Counted from the first letter of the whole stretch, positions 45,101-56,843 are shown. The stretch: 61,647 nt of DNA, filler included, from an uncultured virus (IMG/VR IMGVR_UViG_2061766007_001776) (7 parts of one record of this genome joined end to end with filler, not necessarily neighbours in it); one strand, 5' to 3'. Made by a program: numbers and translations. Notes: generated by a model from the sequence alone, not told the origin.

Positions 45101-45461
45101 GGGTATCAAAATCCCTTTTATCTCTCTTCCGTTAAAGAAACGTTTTTTATCGCGACAAAAAATCTAGGAGATATTATCTCCTTAGATGTACAACTGTAAT
45201 GCCGCCAATACCATTCCTAATATTGCTATTACACTTGCACCTATTTCAAGTATATCTCCTAAATTTTTCTTTCTTTTCTTAAANNNNNNNNNNNNNNNNN
45301 NNNNNNNNNNNNNNNNNNNNNNNNNNNNNNNNNNNNNNNCTCCATGAATTTTTGTTTTTGGTTTCTATAATAGTATATTAGTTTCCCGCGTCGCGTAAAA
45401 GAAATTGTGTATTATAGAAACAGAAACAAAAAATTAAATTTTAAATTATGGAGGTAGAACT

Positions 45462-45683
45462 ATGACAAACGGAACTAGCAACACAATTAAAAGATGTGAT
45501 TTATGTGGAAAGATTTTAAAAGATGGAGCAAAAGACATTCATGAGCTTAATAAGCCCTATGAACTGCCTTACCAGATCGAGTGGAATGGAACAGAATGTT
45601 CGATTACTAACAAGGTAGTCAGACATATCTGTAACGACTGCTTGACCAAGGTGATGGAAACAGTTAAAGGACTTATGATGTAA
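45462..45683 (+). CDS. Small CxxC..CxxC zinc-binding protein in a divergent cassette
   Basis: Plus-strand promoter motif 45391-45417, GGAGGT RBS, CDLC...ICNDC, terminator GGGAG..CTCCC plus T-run at 45692-45720. Confidence 0.75.
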   Translation: MTNGTSNTIKRCDLCGKILKDGAKDIHELNKPYELPYQIEWNGTECSITNKVVRHICNDCLTKVMETVKGLMM

Positions 45684-48600
45684 AGCTTTACGGGAGGTAC
45701 TTTTACTCCCATTTTTTTTTAAATTCGCAAAGCATTTATTTTATAAACGCCAGTTTTCACTTTGTTCAAAACACACTTACTAAAGTAACTGTAGTTCTCA
45801 CTTNNNNNNNNNNTGATGATGAAGGTCATCTTGAGATGTATAGTAAAGGAAATAATGTTACATTTCTCGAAGATGGAACTATGGTNNNNNNNNNNNNNNN
45901 NNNNNNNNNNNNNNNNNNNNNNNNNNNNNNNNNNNNNNNNNNNNNNNNNNNNNNNNNNNNNNNNNNNNNNNNNNNNTTCCGGTTTCTCTACCAGCGCTGT
46001 AAATAATATCTCCAGCAATTACAATAACAGCTATCAGTGCTACCAATGTCAATATCTTTCTAATTTTCTTCATATAAACACCTCCTATAATATGTGTGTA
46101 AAACACCTTTAGTTGCTATATAAGAGGTGTAAATTTTAGCGATTTAAATTGGTTTAAAGTCCTTACAATCGTTNNNNNNNNNNNNNNNNNNNNNNNNNNT
46201 ATAGCACCTTTGTCACAAACATGTACGATTCCCAAACCAAGTATATCGTCTTCATAACCATTATCTGGGTTATAATTTTGGCAATCTCCACATTTTTCAT
46301 TTGTGTTATTTGAAAGGTTTTCTTCTGTCATCTTAGTTCTCCTTTATTCCCAAGCTATTCTAACAGTTGCTTCATATAAACCACCATTTGGGCGACGGGG
46401 ATTATCGAATCTTTCAACTATTTTGAGNNNNNNNNNNNNNNNNNNNNNNNNNNNNNNNNTCGCTAGCAATTTCCTCTCGTATAACAAAAGGAATTCCATC
46501 TTTATCTTTAGGAAACATTGACAACATCTCAGGTGGATAGTCAAATATCTTTGTTGACTTATAAGTTTCTGTCTGAACACCGATAGTTCGAACTAGGNNN
46601 NNNNNNNNNNNNNNNNNNNNNNNNNNNNNNNNNNNNNTTAGCTTTTTGTCTTTTATTCATTAGTTCTCCTTTGTAACAGTTACTCTCTTATTTGATATAG
46701 TTACTTTGTATTCACCTTTTTCTCTAAAGTTTACAGTAATACCAGTCTTTTCGAAATGATCTTCTCTGATATAAGCTATTGGACCAGATGTAGTTGCGAT
46801 AACAGATAACACTCCGTTACGTATAAAACTTAGTTCTCTNNNNNNNNNNNNNNNNNNNNNNNNNNNNNNNNNNNNNNNNNNNNTTAATTAATTAANNNNN
46901 NNNNNNNNNNNNNNNNNNNNNNNNNNNNNNNNNNNNNNNGAATGGAACTAAATATCTTAGCTCCAAACGTTCCTAAAATTCAATCAACGCCTTTCAAAGT
47001 AGTAATAATATCGCTTGTGTTTTCTTTGAGCTTCGATCATCTTCTGAATATTCTTATGACGCCGCTTTTCCTGCAACATCATCAATATATAAATCGCTCC
47101 TCCGCTCATCGCAATACTACAAATAAACATTATTAACAATTCTATCATACCTTTGTCCTCCTTTTAGATTTCTATTATATGAAAGAAAAAAAATACGAAA
47201 CACTTTACTTCGTAAACTGCAGTTNNNNNNNNNNNNNNNNNNNNNNNNNNAATAACTTAGCTCTCTCTAAAACTACTAAAAGTCCAGATTAATTCATTAA
47301 ATCTGTATTTGTGTCTGGACCAATTTCACTCACAACATTTGCAGTGAGGTACTTTGCTTCACCAGTTTCATCATCTGAGACCTTGGCTACGACCGAATCG
47401 CCATGCTCGTTGCAATAACTATAAGCGTCGTAAGCAAATGACTTTCTACCGTAATCATAAGCTTCGTTATATACATCGCATAGTTTACGATTGTATTTAC
47501 TCAAAAAGTACAATCCCAAGCCAAGAGTTAGTATTGTTATTACTATAGTCTTGACCATTCGTCTCTTCTCNNNNNNNNNNNNNNNNNNNNNNNNNNNNNN
47601 NNNNNNNNNNNNNNNNNNNNNNNNNNNNNNNNNNNNNNNNNNNNNNNNNACGCAATGGCTTTACCTTTCTGGTCGTCTTTATACCAGCATCTCAGTGTGT
47701 ACTTCTGTACCTCACTCAATTCTGTTGTTTTGTTTAAAGTGTCCAACTGTTTACTCCAAAACATATTTTAATCTCCTTTCTTTTAGTTTCTATAATAACA
47801 ACCTATATTTTCACGAATCNNNNNNNNNNNNNNNNNNNNNNNNNNNNNNNNNNNNNCGAATTGTGCTTAAAAGCCATTCGTCAAATAAAATAACTTTTTC
47901 TGTTTTATAAAAATCGAATGTTTTTACAATCTTTGCACGATATATTGTATAAGTTTCGTAATCATCTTCAATCTTTGTATAAACAGTCCCTTTACTCGAC
48001 CATCTTTCTTTATAGCCATTTTCTGATAAATATCTTAATGCCTCTTCTTCTTTTTTAAACTTGTGCAAATCTTTGACAACACTCGGTAACCAGAAGTCAC
48101 TTTTTACTNNNNNNNNNNNNNNNNNNNNNNNNNNNNNNNNNNNNNNNNNNNNNNCTCCTTTCTATAAAGAGGGCATAAATAAAAGCGAGAGAACTAAATA
48201 TCTTAGCTCTCTCTTTGAGTATCATCCAAACTTCCATTCATTAATAGATGCTAAATTGCCTTCCTNNNNNNNNNNNNNNNNNNNNNNNNNNNNNNNNNNN
48301 NNNNNNNNNNNNNNNNNNNNNNNNNNNNNNNNNNNNNNNNNNNNNNNNNNNNNNNNNNNNNNNNNNNNTGTATTAATCAAGATCCTGTTCTCACTTTCTA
48401 CACTTGTTACTTTAATGAACATAAATTATTTACCTCCATAAAATTGGTGTTAGTTGTTTACTAAGTTCTTCAATATATAGGCATAAAAAAATACGAAAAA
48501 AAGAGAACTAAATATCTTAGCTCTCTCTTTANNNNNNNNNNNNNNNNNNNNNNNNNNNNNNNNNNNNNNNNNNNNNNNNNNNNNNNNNNNNNNNNNNNNN

Positions 48601-49292
48601 NNNNNNNNNNNNNNNNNNNNNNNNNNNNNNNNNNNNNNNNNNNNNNNNNNNNNNNNNNNNNNNNNNNNNNNNNAAGCGTATGTTCCATGTCCAATATATC
48701 CATGGTTTGAAAATATCTTACATTTTCTGACAATATAAATTCTACCGTATATATATTTTTTTCCATATAATCATCTCCTTTCTATAAAGAGGGCATAAAT
48801 AAAAGCGANNNNNNNNNNNNNNNNNNNNNNNNNNNNNNNNNNNNNNNNNNNNNNNNNNNNNNNNNNNNNNNNNNNNNNNNNNNNNNNNNNNNNNNNNNNN
48901 NNNNNNNNNNNNNNNNNNNNNNNNNNNNNNNNNNNNNNNNNNNNNNNNNNNNNNNNNNNNNNNNNNNNNNNNNNNNNNNNNNNNNNNNNNNNNNNNNNNN
49001 NNNNNNNNNNNNNNNNNNNNNNNNNNNNNNNNNNNNNNNATCAACGATATCACTATTATTCGTTAATTCCTGATATTTTAAATATCCTTCGTGTACTTCT
49101 TTACGTACCCTCGTTACAGTTTTCCAATTGCATATCAAGCCTACAGNNNNNNNNNNNNNNNNNNNNNNNTTTCTGTGTATAAGTTTGTAAGTACCTATTA
49201 TATAAAACAAAAAAATAGCGACAGTTCTCATTACATTCAAACTGAAAAAAAAATAAAAAAGAAATTGTACCATGAATTATTGTTTCCAATAA

Positions 49293-49370
49293 CCGGGATA
49301 AAGGCGATTCGAACCCTATTTCTCAACTAATATTACAAGTTGTGTTTTAACCTATATAAACTAATCCCCG
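49293..49370 (-). ncRNA. Degenerate tRNA-like RNA
   Basis: CGGGGAT...ATCCCGG acceptor-like ends, D-arm GTTT..AAAC, arm CAACT-TGTAATATT-AGTTG, GGTTCGAATC; promoter 49392-49418. Confidence 0.55.
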
Positions 49371-49679
49371 CCATGCTGGCCTTGATCTCTTCTATAATAT
49401 AGAGTTATTTTTTAGCGACAGTTCTCACTTTGTTCAAAACACACTTACTAAAAGTAACTGCAGTTCTCACTATGTTCAAAACACACTTACTAAAGTAACT
49501 NNNNNNNNNNNNNNNNNNNNNNNNNNNNNNNNNNNNNNNNNNNNNNNNNNNNNNNNNNNNNNNNNNNNNNNNNNNNNNNNNNNNNNNNNNNNNNNNNNNN
49601 NNNNNNNNNNNNNNNNNNNNNNNNNNNNNNNNNNNNNNNNNNNNNNNNNNNNNNNCGAAGATAAGAGAGTTAGCTTAGA

Positions 49680-51820
49680 TTAGTTTTTGTTCATTTCCTG
49701 TTTTAATTTAACTTGTCCTTTATGTTCTTCCCATTCTCTACTTTCTTGAGCATTTCTTAATAATCCTGGACGATAATTCTCGTGATAATAATCATAAACC
49801 ACTGCTAAAATACTCTTTTCTTCTTTACTTAAAGAACCTAAGAAATCCATATACGCATCAGTATCACTATGTATCGAATAGCCTTCATTTAAGTTCTTAT
49901 TTGCGCTTCGTTTCATAGCTTCACTTAATTTTTCTTCAATTTCTTTAACTACTTGTTCTCCATCTTTGTCAATATATGGCATATTAACGCTGCCTTCGCC
50001 TGGTTCATGATTTTTAGGATTAAAGAACTTTTTAACTGCTTTTAAAGTATCTTTTACTTTTTTAACTTCGTCATTAACTATCTTATCATAATTTTTACGC
50101 ATTGCTTTTGAAACTTCTATAGCTTTCTTAGGATCTTCATCAGCTTCTGTTAATAATTTACTATATAATTGACGATCTTTTTTAATTTCATCAAGCGATA
50201 TATCATTAATTTCGGCTAAAGCTCGTTCATAAGCTTGTTTAGCATAAGAATCTTCCGAAAGATTACTTATTCCTAGATCTTTACTGGATTGTTTAAACAT
50301 ATAATCCATGTNNNNNNNNNNNNNNNNNNNNNNNNNNNNNNNNNNNNNNNNNTTTTGTTTCGTTGCTTTTTCTGACTTTTTACTATTCATGTCTTTATCA
50401 GCATTCTTAGCATATTCTTCATTCTTTCTGATTATATCAGCTTTGTTTTTGTTATATGCGTCAGCTTTATTTTTCTTTTCCTGTTCGGCTATACGTCTCT
50501 TTTGTTCATCTGTATAAGCTTTATTAATAGCAGCTTCTCTTCCAGACTGAGCTTTCTCTAAAGAACTTCTCGGATCAGCATTACTTTTCTCTTTACTAGC
50601 TCTATCAGCTCCAGACTGCTGTGATGCTTTCTTGTTGTTCTGGTAGCCATCCCATTCAGCTTTCGAATAGAAANNNNNNNNNNNNNNNNNNNNNNNNATA
50701 ATACTTATTAGTACCTGAAGCAGGTCCATATTTAGCTGTATGGATTAATACACATTCATCAGCATAGTCTTCATGGTACTTACGATTAAGTTCAGCAGGA
50801 GAGATAAACTTGCTATGTGCTAAAGTGTTCTTTTCTTTTCCAGCCTTAGCTCTAGCCATGAATGCTTTATATTCGTCTATAAGTTCCTCTTCGTGGAGAG
50901 AATCATTCGTAGCATGTTCCAAAACATCATCATCTTCGAAAGAGAAAGCAGAATGTTTAGCTTTGCCATATTTCTTCCAGAGGGCTTCGATTTCATCAGA
51001 TATCATCTCGCCAACAGCATCTCTTACCTTTGCGCCACTGCCAGATTCTTCACCGACCCATTTACACCATTTCTGGATATTGTTTGTATAATATTCAATA
51101 TCTTCAGTATCGCCATTAATTCTACCATCTTCATCTAATGACAGGCTTCCATTCTTGAAACCTTCTTCGACATCGTACATGAATTCGTCAAGGCCAAAAT
51201 CTCTAGTCTTAACTATTTCCTTAGCTGCTGCTTCAGGACTCTTTCTGGCAATTTCACCGTATTTCTTTACAGTAGCAGCATCTTTGTTTTTTGTATAATT
51301 AGCTGTAGCAGAGTCATCTACGGCTTTCTTCTTTTCCTTATTTACCATAGAACCGGAATTCTTTACAGCTGCTTCTTCACCACTCTTGTTATATGCATCC
51401 CATTCGGCTTTGGTGTAGAAATATCTTGACTTTCCATTAGGTAACACTATTACCTGATAGTATTTNNNNNNNNNNNNNNNNNNNNNNNNNNNNNNNNNNN
51501 NNNNNNNNNNNCTTAATACCATCATGCATAGTCGCAGCGTGAACTAAGCGTCCACTAGAGATCATATCATCGTAAAACTGCTGGTTCATTTCTCTGGGTG
51601 AGAAAGTCTTCATGTGAGCTAACTTGTTCTTTTCTTTTCCTTCTAATACTTTTCTTCTGTACTCATAGTAACTGTTATCGTAACTTTTTGACATATCTGT
51701 GCTCCTTTCAGCTGAATGTATTAAATTGTCGTTTCCATCCATAATCCTACCAGTTCCGAGTTTACCCCACTTTGCTTCATAAAGTTTGATTTTGTTTAGT
51801 ATCTCTTCTCTACTGGTCAT
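49680..51820 (-). CDS. Large repeat-containing LxH-motif protein, probably one gene broken by gaps
   Basis: Track ORFs 51437..51820, 50656..51525 and 49680..50729 join across N gaps; duplicated KNxLAHxKxxSPxExN...LxH and KYY...FYxKAEWD modules. Confidence 0.6.
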
Positions 51821-52209
51821 AATATTCTCCTATTTAAATTATAAAGTGTTTTTAAACTAAAAAACACAAGTTTTCACTCTGTTCAATCNNNNNNNNNNNN
51901 NNNNNNNNNNNNNNNNNNNNNNNNNNNNNNNNNNNNNNNNNNNNNNNNNNNNNNNNNNNNNNNNNNNNNNNNNNNNNNNNNNNNNNNNNNNNNNNNNNNN
52001 NNNNNNNNNNNNNNNNNNNNNNNNNNNNNNNNNNNNNNNNNNNNNNNNNNNNNNNNNNNNNNNNNNNNNNNNNNNNNNNNNNNNNNNNNNNNNNGATTTC
52101 GTCTTTAGTATACTTTTCATCACTGTTAGTTATAATGGTGTCAATACCTTTAACCAACTCTTCACCATTCTTGTAGTTCTTAATCGAAGAGACTATACCA
52201 ATCGGAATT

Positions 52210-52939
52210 TCACCAAGNNNNNNNNNNNNNNNNNNNNNNNNNNNNNNNNNNNNNNNNNCCAAATTTAGTATTTAAAGTTTTCTCTAATTGATATTTAAGA
52301 GACTCACGCTTAAACTGCTGTTGCGCATCATGTACCCAATCGGTATCTTGTCCACCTGGAAATTCGATTTTTTTAACTAATTCTCTTATTTCATCATCAC
52401 TCAAATTAACTGCATCATAATCTTCTCTATTTTTAAGAATATCATCAACCATCTTTTTTCTATGATGATTTGCTATTGTTCCTTTATTAAAATCTTTGCT
52501 AACTTTTCTTGAAAAACTGAACATTGAACCTATTTTTTCTTCGTCGTCATAATCAAAGTCAACTTTGATTTTTCCATCTTTATCTACATTTACTGTCATG
52601 TTTTTAGGAATATTTTTACCATCGGATATTTCTAATGTGTTTTTTAATATTTTTTGAGCTTCTTCATTTATTTCTTTTTGGTATTTTTCCATACTAGGAT
52701 CAACATTATAATTAATTTTTACATTATTACTAGTCTGTTTCGTTTCTTCGTTCTTAACTTTATTATTTTTACTATTAGAACCAAAATATCTTTCTTTTCC
52801 GGCTTCGTTGAAAGTGCCATCTTGATTCTGCCAACGTCTAGTTCCCCATTTCTGACCTATAATACCATAGTGAGCTAGAGAGTCTTCTTTGGTTTCTTTA
52901 TAACCTCGAATATTATCATAAAACTCGTGTCTATTCATA
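52210..52939 (-). CDS. HYG..QKWG.RR-motif phage protein
   Basis: MNRHEFYD...LAHYGIIGQKWGTRRWQNQDGTFNEAGKERY; AAAGGA RBS. Confidence 0.65.
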
Positions 52940-52951
52940 ACGTGTCCTTTC

Positions 52952-53215
52952 TTAAATACTCTTGTCGTGATAGATAAGANNNNNNNNNNNNNNNNNNNNN
53001 NNNNNNNNNACATCAGCATTATCAAGGTAACTAACACCATCAATCTTACCTTTTGAGTATACATAATACGGGTCCATTTCCGTTTCCCATTGAGAAGGAT
53101 CCTTAACACCCAGTATTACATATAAGTCTTTCTTGTTCCATATCTTCATAACTGTCTTTGCAGGTCTGAACTCTTTGAATTTGTCTATAACCTGCCCTAC
53201 CATATCATTACCCAT
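52952..53215 (-). CDS. Hypothetical protein
   Basis: 87-aa ORF with AAGGAG RBS. Confidence 0.55.
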   Translation of the reverse strand: MGNDMVGQVIDKFKEFRPAKTVMKIWNKKDLYVILGVKDPSQWETEMDPYYVYSKGKIDGVSYLDNADXXXXXXXXXXXLIYHDKSI

Positions 53216-53306
53216 TTTGAATTCTCCTTTTAACCTTTAAGTCTATTTACTTCAGCATTAATTTTATCCCAATCCGAATCGCTAAGATCTTTATAATTAA
53301 TATTAT

Positions 53307-53985
53307 TCATTCCAAGATTATCAACTGCTTTCCATAAGTAAAANNNNNNNNNNNNNNNNNNNNNNNNNNNNNNNNNNNNNNNNNNNNNNNNNNNNNNNNN
53401 NNNNNNNNNNNNNNNNNNNNNNNNNNNNNNNNNNNNNNNNNNNNNNNNNNNNNNNNNNNNNNNNNNNNNNNNNNNNNNNNNNNNNNNNNNNNNNNNNNNN
53501 NNNNNNNNNNNNNNNNNNNNNNNNNNNNNNNNNNNNNNNNNNNNNNNNNNNNNNNNNNNNNNNNNNNNNNATACTCTCTTAAATACTCTAAAGGATTCTC
53601 TTTATACTTTTCGTATTCGGCATCAACATCGCCCCATTCACCAGTTGTATCATTTGCATCTTCCATAATATCAGCAAAGTCTCGGTCGTAGTTATCGTAT
53701 AAATATTTTAAAGCTTCTTTCTGATTTTTTTCAAATTTTTCAGGATCGAACATGTCATCCTGGCTTTCTCTATCTAATTTTTTAAAATCAAAGGAACCTA
53801 TTTTCTGTTTAGAATTCTTACTACCAATCTTTTCTTCAGGAGCGTTAGTCTTACTTCCTTTACCAAAATATCTTTCCTTACCTTCTTCATTAAAAGTACC
53901 GTCAGCATTCTGCCATCTTCTAGTTCCCCACTTNNNNNNNNNNNNNNNNNNNNNNNNNNTTGTCATAAAACTCATATCTATTCAT
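53307..53985 (-). CDS. HYG..KWG.RR-motif phage protein (gap-broken)
   Basis: MNRYEFYD-gap-KWGTRRWQNADGTFNEEGKERY. Confidence 0.6.
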
Positions 53986-54864
53986 ATTACGTCCTTTCTT
54001 ATGAATGAAATGCCTTGTTGATTTGTACAAGGTTGGCTATTCATAGAATACACCTCACTTAATCTCGGGTAATTTAGGTTCCTCTATTTCACTGTTCTGA
54101 TATATAAGATGCTCTGGATTAAGTAATTCAGCATATAAATCCGGATACAGAATCTTTGGAGCATTAACANNNNNNNNNNNNNNNNNNNNNNNNNNNNNNN
54201 NNNNNNNNNNNNNNNNNNNNNNNNNNNNNNNNNNNNNNNNNNNNNNNNNNNNNNNNNNNNNNNNNNNNNNNNNNNNNNNNNNNNNNNNNNNNNNNNNNNN
54301 NNNNNNNNNNNNNNNNNNNNNNNNNNNNNNNNNNNNNNNNNNNNNNNNNNNNNNNNNNNNNNNNNNNNNNNNNNNNNNNNNNNNNNNNNNNNNNNNNNNN
54401 NNNNNNNNNNNNNNNNNNNNNNNNNNNNNNNNNNNNNNNNNNNNNNNNNNNNNNNNNNNNNNNNNNNNNNNNNNNNNNNNNNNNNNNNNNNNNNNNNNNN
54501 NNNNNNNNNNNNNNNNNNNNNNNNNNNNNNNNNNNNNNNNNNNNNNNNNNNNNNNNNNNNNNNNNNNNNNNNNNNNNNNNNNNNNNNNNNNNNNNNNNNN
54601 NNNNNNNNNNNNNNNNNNNNNNNNNNNNNNNNNNNNNNNNNNNNNNNNNNNNNNNNNNNNNNNNNNNNNNNNNNNNNNNNNNNNNNNNNNNNNNNNNNNN
54701 NNNNNNNNNNNNNNNNNNNNNNNNNNNNNNNNNNNNNNNNNNNNNNNNNNNNNNNNNNNNNNNNNNNNNNNNNNNNNNNNNNNNNNNNNNNNNNNNNNNN
54801 NNNNNNNNNNNNNNNNNNNNNNNNNNNNNNNNTGTTATGATCTTTTTTGCTCTTGCTTCGTTAA

Positions 54865-56261
54865 TCATTTCTTTGCCCCCTTTACATTTTCTATATTAAC
54901 CTGTCCAACTTTATTTGATTTCTTCATGTTTTCAAGACCTAAGAATTCCTTGTCGTCAAGTCTCTTGTAACGAGCACTATAAAGTTCACCATACATACTA
55001 AAATCAGTTATTTCCATACCAAGCTGAGTATCATAATAATGAACTGTACCACTATTATCAACTTTATAGAATATGCTATGACCACAAGGCCAACCGCTAC
55101 TGTCATAATATGTGAAATTGAAATCACCAAAACTGTTAGCTGGTTCTTTAGTTATATTGCTCATTGTTTCATAAGCCTGTTTTACTTCAGTAAAGTGACC
55201 AGACCATAAATCATCATACGCCATTCCAACTTCTGGATCAGTACCTTCAGACAGAATGCCGTAATCTCTTAAATCCGGACCAGCTGTTACATCGTATCCC
55301 ATTTCTCTTAATGCCATTGTAGTAGTGCAGGCGTAACAGTTAGTTCCATAATCCATAGCTCGACTATCACTATACCATACTCCAGGATTAACCATTTTGA
55401 TATCTTCTTCAATTGGTAAGGAATAGTTTTTAATCTTTAATCCAGTTTCAGGATCTGTCTCTTCTGTTTCTTTATAATTTGCAATCTTGTGATATACTTC
55501 ATCAATTGCATTATCCATATCAGGTCCTTGATAACCGTTAAGTGAATATTCCTGTATGTCATTACACCAACGGAAAGGAGATGATTCGTCATTTAGCATA
55601 TAATTTGTATTAGCCTGAATCTGTGCTTTCTTTTCTTCTTCTGCAGTCTGTGCTGACTTTTCAGCTTCAATACGAGCTAATTCAGCTTCTGCTGCTTCTT
55701 TTTCAGCTTTAAGTCTAGCATTCTCTTCAGCTACTTTATTCCATCTTTCAGCTTCAGCATTCTTAGCAGCTGCTTCGTTCTTTCTACGTTCATCTTCGAG
55801 TTTAGCTAAACGCTCTTTTTCTGCTGCTTCGATTGCTGCTTCTTTCTGTGCTCTAAGTCTTGCCTGCGATTCCTCTTTATATCTAGCATACTGAGCTTTC
55901 TCAAGAGCAGTTCTCTTGTCAGCTGTTTCTTTCATTCTTTCACCTTTAGCTTTTTCAGCATTCTGAGCATATCCAACATTCTTTGCAATATTTTCTTCAC
56001 GCTGTTTTTTAGCTTTCTGCTCGTTTAAATATTTCTGATAAGCTTCACCGTTAAAGTCTCCAGATGAACCCTTACCAACAGCAGTAGGCTTGTGAGCGGC
56101 ATCCCATTCGGCTTTGCTATAGTAATATCTATAACTTCCGGGTTTGCCTTCTCGTTTATAATATTTCGTATTCTGTCTCTGCTGACCATATAAAGGACTT
56201 GCTATATGTTCCAAGTAATCTTTATATTGGTCGAGATTCGAATAAAACTCAAGTCTGTTCA
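54865..56261 (-). CDS. Coiled-coil protein with a C-terminal papain-fold toxin (Tox-PL / Gln-deamidase-like) domain
   Basis: MNRLEFY start; VNP...NCYAC..LREMGYDVTA...GHSIFY...YYDTQ (Cys-His-Asp/Gln). Confidence 0.7.
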
Positions 56262-56275
56262 TATGATGTCCTTTC

Positions 56276-56740
56276 TTATGAATNNNNNNNNNNNNNNNNN
56301 NNNNNNNNNNNNNNNNNNNNNNNNNNNNNNNNNNNNNNNNNNNAGTAACAATGTCCAGATATGTTTGTATTAACATGTCTTGCTATGGTGTTAACATTGT
56401 ATTTCTTATTAGACTGAGCATCATAAATTACAGGTTTACCATTTTCAATCTGATAGAACATACTGTGACCACCACCCATTGCCCAGAAAACCATTATATT
56501 ACCATGTGATCCTTCTGGTTCTGACTTGAGCTGATTAACAATATCTTTAAACTTACCTGTAGTTGCATCTTTTTCTTCTTTATACCATTTCTTAAGATCA
56601 GATGCATAATAACCATCAGCAGAAGTACCAGCCTTTACATCATAGCCTCTTCTCTTTAAGTCAAGAGCAGTTGTGCAGAGCATACAATTTTCTGTATGTC
56701 CCATTGATTTCTCTGACTCAGCACCAATCCATCTTCTCAT
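56276..56740 (-). CDS. Papain-fold toxin-like domain (fragment)
   Basis: NCMLC..LKRRGYDVKA...GGHSMFY...IYDAQ. Confidence 0.7.
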   Translation of the reverse strand: MRRWIGAESEKSMGHTENCMLCTTALDLKRRGYDVKAGTSADGYYASDLKKWYKEEKDATTGKFKDIVNQLKSEPEGSHGNIMVFWAMGGGHSMFYQIENGKPVIYDAQSNKKYNVNTIARHVNTNISGHCYXXXXXXXXXXXXXXXXXXXXXS

Positions 56741-56843
56741 AAANNNNNNNNNNNNNNNNNNNNNNNNNNNNNNNNNNNNNNNNNNNNTTAATTAATTAAN
56801 NNNNNNNNNNNNNNNNNNNNNNNNNNNNNNNNNNNNNNNNNNN

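Larger units (their letters stand above)
43839..49418 (-). promoter_or_regulatory. Cluster of 16 copies of the 27-bp promoter-like motif
   Basis: Minus: 43839, 44238, 44375, 44758, 44937, 45129, 45365, 46116, 47172, 47790, 48162, 48470, 48782, 49195, 49392; plus: 45391. Many are followed by an AGGAG RBS. Confidence 0.75.
43133..49500. repeat. Dispersed and tandem ~41-bp CAGTTCTCACTWTGTTCAAA...AACTG repeats between mini-cassettes
   Basis: Copies at 43133, 43175, 44287, 45751, 45792, 47199 (partial), 49222, 49419, 49461. Confidence 0.8.

Noticed and set aside
45814..45885. 72-bp copy of 29624-29695 inside the cassette region
   Set aside because: Isolated between N gaps; a misplaced variant fragment. 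The same applies to 14082-14131 versus 13697-13746.
46571..46597. TAGTTCGAACTA resembling a tRNA T-arm
   Set aside because: Adjacent to a gap; no D-arm or acceptor stem can be verified.
13283..56799. TTAATTAATTAA palindromes
   Set aside because: Artificial six-frame-stop linkers inside N runs; gene order across them is unreliable.
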